From NCBI GenBank assembly GCA_021786315.1, contig JAJYNN010000003.1, positions 67,360-131,359 of the forward strand: a stretch of 64,000 bases of DNA, read 5' to 3'. The stretch's first letter is position 1. Each line of letters begins with the position of its first letter. A program made the position numbers and the translations under genes. The DNA is from a bacterium. GTDB taxonomy: Bacteria; Patescibacteriota; Microgenomatia; Daviesbacterales; UBA10151. Below are positions 58,829-64,000 of the stretch, one piece after another. The notes below the pieces were generated by a model. That model worked only from the letters and a program-made list of their open reading frames with translations, made no database searches and was not told the DNA's origin.

Positions 58829-58914
58829 GAATTAGGATTTAGGAATTAGGAATTAAGCGTAAGAGAGGAAACAATTTGTTTTCATTCTATATTCTTAAAT
58901 CATTATTCTTAAAT
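58829..58914. repeat. AT-rich inverted repeat (GAATTAGGATTTAGGAATTAGGAATTAAG ... ATTCTTAAATCATTATTCTTAAATC) between nusA and infB
   Basis: Same GATTTAGGAAT / ATTCCTAAATC family. It begins immediately after the nusA stop. Confidence 0.45.
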
Positions 58915-60375
58915 CTATTTCTTGTTTTGATCTTCTGGTTCATTAGTCTCTTCAAAGGGTGGCTCAGCGTCACTTACATCCGGGGTTTCGGAAGTGTTAG
59001 CCACAGTAGGAGCTTCTTCTTCGCTGGGTTGTTCAGTCGCTACCACATCTCCCCTTTGTTTATCAGTGTCTTCTTCAAAAGACCCTTCGTCTTTAGCTAA
59101 TTTTTCAGCTTCCGGTTCCTTGTCATCAGCCTCAATATCAGCTTCAGCGGCAGCAACGGCCTCAGAAGCCTCTTCTCCTGTTGGTTCTTCGGGAGCTGCG
59201 CCATTTGTTGATTCTTCCTCTTCAACCTTAGTTACCCCTTCTTCCACACCTTCAACTACAGCAGCCCGGCCTTCCTTTTCGGCTGTTTCATCAGTCGGCT
59301 CAGGTTGGGTACCTGCCTCTAAACTTTCTTCAGCCTTCTCTACCGCCTCGGCTGCTGCTTGAGCAGGAGCTTGGGAAACACCCTCTTTTACTTCTGCTGT
59401 TCCCTCTCCGGTTCCTTCAATATCAATCTTCCAGCCGGTAAGTTTGGCTGCCAAACGGACATTTTGTCCGCCCTTACCGATTGCCAGTGATAGTTGATTT
59501 GCAGAAACTTTAACTTTAGCCACCTTTTCGCCATCTTTCTCCTCGATAGCAACTGTCACATCTTTGGCCGGAGACAAGGCTGAAGCAATAAATCTTTCAG
59601 GTTCTTCTGAGAAAGGAATAATGTCAATCCTCTCCTCACCCAGCTCATTCATAACAGCCTGGACCCGGACACCTTTTTGGCCAACTAACGAACCCACCGG
59701 ATCAACCCCGCTTTGGGTAGAGATCGCGGCAATCTTAGTCCGGGATCCGGCTTCCCGGGCCACATCCTTAATTTCAACCGCTCCGGTGGAAATTTCCGGT
59801 ACTTCCATAGCAAACAGACCCTTAACCAAATTGGCATCGGAACGGGAAACAACCACTTCCGGACCACGCTTTCCTTCCCGGATCTCTTTGATGTAAAACT
59901 TTAGCCTTTGCCCCTGGTGGTAGTACTCACCCCGGGTTTGCTCAGGAAACGGAAAGACACCTTCAGCCCGGCCTAAATCTACAAAATAAGTGTTGCCTTC
60001 CTGGCGCTGGATCATCCCGGAGATGACTGCCCCAACTTTTTTCTCGTATTCTTCAGTGATAGCGCTCTTTTCAGCCTCGTGAAGACGCTGCATGATAACT
60101 TGCTTGGCGGTTTGGGCAGCGATCCGGGCAAATCCCGGAGGGGTAATGTTTTCCTCACCGCGATGAATGGTGATCTCACCGGTGACCGAATCAATCTGGG
60201 CAGTCAGCTCTTCGAAATCTTCCGGGATCTCTTCACCCCGGAGGGATAAGTCCTTGCGGTACGCAGCCAAGGCTGCAGTTTGGATTGCTTCTAAAATAAC
60301 ATTAACATCTACCCCCTTCTCAGAGGCTAATTGGTTTAAGGCAGCGGCAAATTCTGTTCGTGCTTGTATCGGCAT
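58915..60375 (-). CDS. nusA: Transcription termination/antitermination factor NusA with a long acidic C-terminal tail
   Basis: S1 and KH domains (…GAVISGMIQRQEGNTYFVDLGRAEGVFPF…). 486 aa. The last ~150 aa are Glu/Ala/Thr-rich. Confidence 0.9.
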   Translation of the reverse strand: MPIQARTEFAAALNQLASEKGVDVNVILEAIQTAALAAYRKDLSLRGEEIPEDFEELTAQIDSVTGEITIHRGEENITPPGFARIAAQTAKQVIMQRLHEAEKSAITEEYEKKVGAVISGMIQRQEGNTYFVDLGRAEGVFPFPEQTRGEYYHQGQRLKFYIKEIREGKRGPEVVVSRSDANLVKGLFAMEVPEISTGAVEIKDVAREAGSRTKIAAISTQSGVDPVGSLVGQKGVRVQAVMNELGEERIDIIPFSEEPERFIASALSPAKDVTVAIEEKDGEKVAKVKVSANQLSLAIGKGGQNVRLAAKLTGWKIDIEGTGEGTAEVKEGVSQAPAQAAAEAVEKAEESLEAGTQPEPTDETAEKEGRAAVVEGVEEGVTKVEEEESTNGAAPEEPTGEEASEAVAAAEADIEADDKEPEAEKLAKDEGSFEEDTDKQRGDVVATEQPSEEEAPTVANTSETPDVSDAEPPFEETNEPEDQNKK

Positions 60376-60383
60376 GTTTTTTC

Positions 60384-60407
60384 AAAAAAAGGTGGGACCA
60401 GCCCACC
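60384..60407 (-). promoter_or_regulatory. Hairpin with U-run 9 nt upstream of the nusA start (attenuator/terminator-like)
   Basis: On the minus strand, GGTGGG-CTGGT-CCCACC is followed by TTTTTTTGAAAAAACATG. Confidence 0.35.
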
Positions 60408-60523
60408 TCTTGTAAGTCCCTTTATTAACTGACACGAACATTTTAGACCCTTCTTAAGATGAAGTCAACCCCACCTGGGAGCACTTGCATCGTACCTCAG
60501 AGGTGCTGATATAATTATTTTCT

Positions 60524-61135
60524 ATGTCGGTATCTTTCGAAATGTTTATCGCCGCGGTAACCTGCTTTTTTAGCTTCGGTATCCAGTCTCTTTTCTATCT
60601 CGTCTATAGACTTAAACGATCCGCATTGATTAAGAAAGAAAAAACGGTATTTGATTATCTTTCAGGTGTTATAGGGGATGGAGTTTTAGTACCCTCAACC
60701 AACATTTTTGCAGTCCAAACCCTTCAATACACCGGAGCAGACCTGTTAAATATGCAAGCTTGGCTTTTGGCTTTACCAATTGGTTTTGCCATCACTTTCT
60801 CCTCACACTATTATCAACAAAAATCTCAGCTTACTAACTGGACAATGCCAAAGATAGGCAGGTGGAATACATTAGGGTTCTACCATGCGTTCTTTATGTT
60901 TTGGGAAACCACATTTTTAGGATACTCCTTAATCAGCCAAATTGAGTTTTCCCTCCATCATGGCCTTAGATCTTTTATCTATTCACCAATTAAATTTGGC
61001 CTTCTAGCGCTGACTTTATTTCTTCTTACTTTCTTTATTGACTACTGGAAGAGTGTCTTTAAGGAATTTGCTGCAGATGTTTTTCGCTCCATTCTTGGCT
61101 TTGAGGTTGATGAGGCCAAAATCCAAGACAATTAG
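60524..61135 (+). CDS. Hypothetical integral membrane protein (203 aa, 5-6 TM)
   Basis: Hydrophobic. TGaTATAAT (60502-60510) lies 13 nt before the ATG. Confidence 0.55.
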   Translation: MSVSFEMFIAAVTCFFSFGIQSLFYLVYRLKRSALIKKEKTVFDYLSGVIGDGVLVPSTNIFAVQTLQYTGADLLNMQAWLLALPIGFAITFSSHYYQQKSQLTNWTMPKIGRWNTLGFYHAFFMFWETTFLGYSLISQIEFSLHHGLRSFIYSPIKFGLLALTLFLLTFFIDYWKSVFKEFAADVFRSILGFEVDEAKIQDN

Positions 61136-61140
61136 CCCGC

Positions 61141-62391
61141 TTATTTTAGATGGTGCTGCAAAGTTGGGTTTAACAATAACCCCAAGATCCCCAAAGTAAG
61201 CCCAAAGGCAATAAAAATTACACTTACATCAAGTTTTTCTGTAAATAAGGCAATCAGCAACACAGGTACAGGAGTAATAGCCGACGCAGAAACAGTAACT
61301 AAGGAAAATACTCTCCCCAACATATGTTCGGGGGTGTTTTCTTGTAAAATGGTTCGCGAATGCACAGCGATAAATACTGCCGCTACTCCAATAACTATAG
61401 CTGCAGCCACTGTAATAACCCGCAAAACCAAAATTCCCAGCTGATCTCCGCCAAAAAGTAGAGCACTAATTCCAAGCGCAAGTAGAACTAGTCCAAAGGA
61501 GACTATGGCGAAAAAAATTGATCTTCCCCGGGTAAAATATTTTTGGGAAAAATTTAAAAGATAAGTGCCAATTCCCAAACCGATAATTAAAGGGATTACC
61601 AGATAGTAGCTAGTTGCTGTTGGAGGCAGCTGGAGGTATTTCTTTACATAATCAATAAAGATAATTGCCAGCATACCAATATTAAATTCCATCAATGTCA
61701 AAAGGATAATCGGCATTAAAATGGTGTGTTTCCCCCGTGTTTCAGCTATCACCTCCTTAGCCAACATTAAGGTATGAGCAAAAATCCGCTTCCCTGTTAC
61801 TTCTGGACGAACTGTCTCAATGGTTTTTAGACTCAACCTGAGGAGAAGGCCCAAGGCTGTTAATACTCCGGCGATGATGAATGCTGCCTGAGCTCCGGAT
61901 TTATCAATACCCCCAAAAGTTTGAATTACCGGACCAGCCAAAGCATAACCTGCCATTACTGATCCTAAACCGGTAAATAAAAAGAGGGAATTTGCCTGAT
62001 GTAGAGATTCATCTTTGACTAATAGAGGAATCGTTGCCGCCTCAGCCGGAGTAAAAAATTGCGAGACGGAGGCAGATAAAAAGGCTATTAAAAGAATAGC
62101 CTCTAAGTTATGACCGGAGAGGGCATAGGCAAAAAATAATATACTGAGAAGAGAGTCTGTCACAAGCATTAATTTTTTCCGGTTGGACATATCGACAATG
62201 GCTCCGGCAAAAAACCCCACAGCGAAAGCCGGCAAAGTCATGGCGGCATAAAACTGGGCCAAAGATGTTCTCGAACCCGTCACCTGGCTGATTAAAAGTA
62301 AGGCCGTAAAGTTACACATATTAAAGGCAATTTGAAGAAGAATTTGATTTCCCCAAAGCTTTAAAAACTGAGTATTTTTTAGAATATCCAT
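61141..62391 (-). CDS. MFS transporter
   Basis: 416 aa, 12 predicted TM helices, MFS-like loops. Confidence 0.8.
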   Translation of the reverse strand: MDILKNTQFLKLWGNQILLQIAFNMCNFTALLLISQVTGSRTSLAQFYAAMTLPAFAVGFFAGAIVDMSNRKKLMLVTDSLLSILFFAYALSGHNLEAILLIAFLSASVSQFFTPAEAATIPLLVKDESLHQANSLFLFTGLGSVMAGYALAGPVIQTFGGIDKSGAQAAFIIAGVLTALGLLLRLSLKTIETVRPEVTGKRIFAHTLMLAKEVIAETRGKHTILMPIILLTLMEFNIGMLAIIFIDYVKKYLQLPPTATSYYLVIPLIIGLGIGTYLLNFSQKYFTRGRSIFFAIVSFGLVLLALGISALLFGGDQLGILVLRVITVAAAIVIGVAAVFIAVHSRTILQENTPEHMLGRVFSLVTVSASAITPVPVLLIALFTEKLDVSVIFIAFGLTLGILGLLLNPTLQHHLK

Positions 62392-62415
62392 CTGTTATAT
62401 AGTATAAAAAAATAT

Positions 62416-63477
62416 ATGGAAGAATCTAGTGAAGTTGATTTTGGGACTGTTTCTCAGAGTGCTCAGGAATGGGAAAACGGGATTAAAAAAACCATTGAGG
62501 CCAATGGCCATACCTGGCACTATATTGAATACGGCAACCCCCAAGGCACTCCTCTAATTAATATCCATGGCTGGTTAGGCTCCTCTGCAGACGGTAATGA
62601 TCTTTTATCTCGTACCTTCGCTGGCGAAGCTGTTAGCTCCCCTGGACTTTCAGCACTTAACCAAACCTCTCCGGAAAGTGCCCAAGGACTTACAGAAAGA
62701 GTGCAAAATTTAAAGGGTAAGTACCATGTAATAACTCCTGAACTTCCTGGTTTTGGAGTTACTGAAGCATTAGAAGGCAAAGTTTCACTTGATCAAATAG
62801 CTGAAAACTTAGTAGGATTTCAAAAAGCACTTTCTGCAAATCAAGCTATTCTTTTTGGCTCTTCCATGGGAGGAATTTTAGCCATTAAAATGGCTGCGGC
62901 CCATCCAGAAAGCGCCAAAGCCTTAGTTGTCCAGGGGACAATGACCCAACCAAAAGATATGGATAAAGTAACTTACGCCCTAGCCCAAGTTATGACCTGG
63001 GGACCAATTCCCAAAGTCATGGCAAAATTAAATCTTACCGGGAAGCTTTTCACTGCAACTGTTAAGGGCAGTAAGGATTTTCAGATAGCCGATAAACCAA
63101 CTCAAGATAGAATTATTGAAGCCACATTAAAGTCAGATCCTATGACAGCCGCTACAACACTAAAGGAAATTGGTAAGGACATAGGTGACGACATTAATAA
63201 AGTGACTTGCCCGGTTATTGTTGTTGACGGGGCCAATGGAACCCTGGTGCCAATTTTAAAAAGCCAGGAAGCAGCAAAACGTTTTTACCCCGATTCGCCA
63301 TTACCCGAAAAGATTCCCCAAAAGGTCGTTTTTCTTCCCCTAGGTGGAGATGCAGGAGAGCAGGGGCATAATATTGTTAATACGCTACCAGAAGGAGTCG
63401 TCTCTTGGGTTGATTATACCCTCAATAAAATGGCGGAAGACCCTCAAAATCAATCGCCTGCTCAAAGCGCTGCTTAA
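62416..63477 (+). CDS. Alpha/beta-hydrolase fold protein
   Basis: HGWLGS, nucleophile-elbow GSSMGG, and a C-terminal Asp/His region. It has a long insertion after beta3. Confidence 0.7.
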   Translation: MEESSEVDFGTVSQSAQEWENGIKKTIEANGHTWHYIEYGNPQGTPLINIHGWLGSSADGNDLLSRTFAGEAVSSPGLSALNQTSPESAQGLTERVQNLKGKYHVITPELPGFGVTEALEGKVSLDQIAENLVGFQKALSANQAILFGSSMGGILAIKMAAAHPESAKALVVQGTMTQPKDMDKVTYALAQVMTWGPIPKVMAKLNLTGKLFTATVKGSKDFQIADKPTQDRIIEATLKSDPMTAATTLKEIGKDIGDDINKVTCPVIVVDGANGTLVPILKSQEAAKRFYPDSPLPEKIPQKVVFLPLGGDAGEQGHNIVNTLPEGVVSWVDYTLNKMAEDPQNQSPAQSAA

Positions 63478-64000
63478 AACCAGCCTTTTTTCTTGGAAGT
63501 GAGCTGGGAAAGCTTTTCAAAGAGTTCTTTTTCCTCTTCAGACAGCTTTTTGGGGATATTAACCCGGATCCGGACAAAATGATCACCTTTTCCTGAGGAA
63601 CGAAGCCTGGCTACCCCTTTATCCTTGATCCTGATGAGCGATCCTGGTTCAGTGCCGGCAGGGACTTTAAGTTTTACCGGTCCCCAGATAGTTTTGACCT
63701 CCACCACATCCCCTAAAACAATTTGGGGAATGGAAAGGGTAATTTCCGAAAAGATATCTGCCCCTTCCCGCAAAAATTCCGGGTGGCGCCTGACCCGAAA
63801 AACCAAATCAATTCCCTCAAACCTCATCCTGGTACCGTTATCCACCCCGGCCGGGACTTTAATGGTCATATGTTTGGTCTTGCCATTACTTTCCGGGATC
63901 TCAATCTCTTTAGTGGTTCCATTAATGGCCTCATTAAAGGTAATCTCCATTTGGTAAGTCGGAGTCCTTTGGTAAGCTCCGGCAAAGGGATTGCCCTGAC
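63474..64000 (-). CDS. dnaJ: DnaJ/CbpA-like co-chaperone, C-terminal substrate-binding domains; 5' part beyond the window; no zinc-finger insertion
   Basis: MEITFNEAINGTTKEIEIP aligns with DnaJ [21 protein letters not shown] but proceeds directly into CTD I without the CxxCxGxG repeats. The frame stays open to the window edge. Confidence 0.7.
   Translation of the reverse strand, partial: QGNPFAGAYQRTPTYQMEITFNEAINGTTKEIEIPESNGKTKHMTIKVPAGVDNGTRMRFEGIDLVFRVRRHPEFLREGADIFSEITLSIPQIVLGDVVEVKTIWGPVKLKVPAGTEPGSLIRIKDKGVARLRSSGKGDHFVRIRVNIPKKLSEEEKELFEKLSQLTSKKKGWF

Overview
This 64-kb window looks like a reduced bacterial genome, probably a Candidate Phyla Radiation (CPR) / Patescibacteria-like organism; that placement is my inference from gene content. 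Most of it is one long minus-strand block of the core transcription and translation machinery. Minus-strand genes are read from high to low coordinates.

Gene order, left to right:
- 1-4.6 kb: a small carbohydrate cluster (glycosyltransferase, GDE-like six-hairpin glycoside hydrolase, phosphomannomutase/phosphoglucomutase), then a PspC-domain protein and a YbhB/PEBP-family protein.
- 4.6-35.4 kb, minus strand: rpoB-rpoC-rpsL-rpsG, two hypothetical genes, fusA, an opposite-strand hypothetical gene, tuf, then the contiguous S10/spc/alpha operons rpsJ-rplC-rplD-rplW-rplB-rpsS-rplV-rpsC-rplP-rpmC-rpsQ-rplN-rplX-rplE-rpsN(type Z)-rpsH-rplF-rplR-rpsE-rplO-secY-adk-map-infA-rpmJ-rpsM-rpsK-rpsD-rpoA-rplQ-rplM-rpsI. 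I found rpmJ and rpsN by hand; there is no L30 gene between rpsE and rplO.
- 35.6-47 kb: membrane/envelope hypotheticals, mltG, ruvX, an 800-aa actin-like/TM protein, a short alaS lacking the C-Ala domain, a rodZ-like gene and small hypotheticals.
- 47-60.4 kb, minus strand: ftsK, rnj, a Lon-like AAA+ ATPase with no protease domain, pnp with an RGG tail, rpsO, a DHH-like gene, a short infB and nusA. This keeps the Firmicutes/Actinobacteria synteny of nusA-infB-...-rpsO-pnp-...-rnj-ftsK.
- 60.5-64 kb: a membrane protein, an MFS transporter, an alpha/beta hydrolase and a partial Zn-finger-less dnaJ.

Most unusual observations:
1. A palindromic repeat with clear nucleotide homology between copies is inserted in frame into four essential genes (rplQ, rpsQ, rplC, map), encoding Ser/Glu-rich peptide segments. 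This resembles in-frame palindromic elements of the Rickettsia RPE type.
2. Three non-canonical genes sit inside the normally invariant rpsG-fusA-tuf segment. One of them is translationally coupled to fusA.
3. An AT-rich inverted-repeat motif (GATTTAGGATTTAGGAAT) recurs immediately after three stop codons.
4. Several plus-strand genes have -10 boxes 6-8 nt before the start codon, which suggests leaderless mRNAs.

I found no tRNA, rRNA or CRISPR array. Everything comes from reading the ORF translations and the nucleotide sequence; I could run no database searches.
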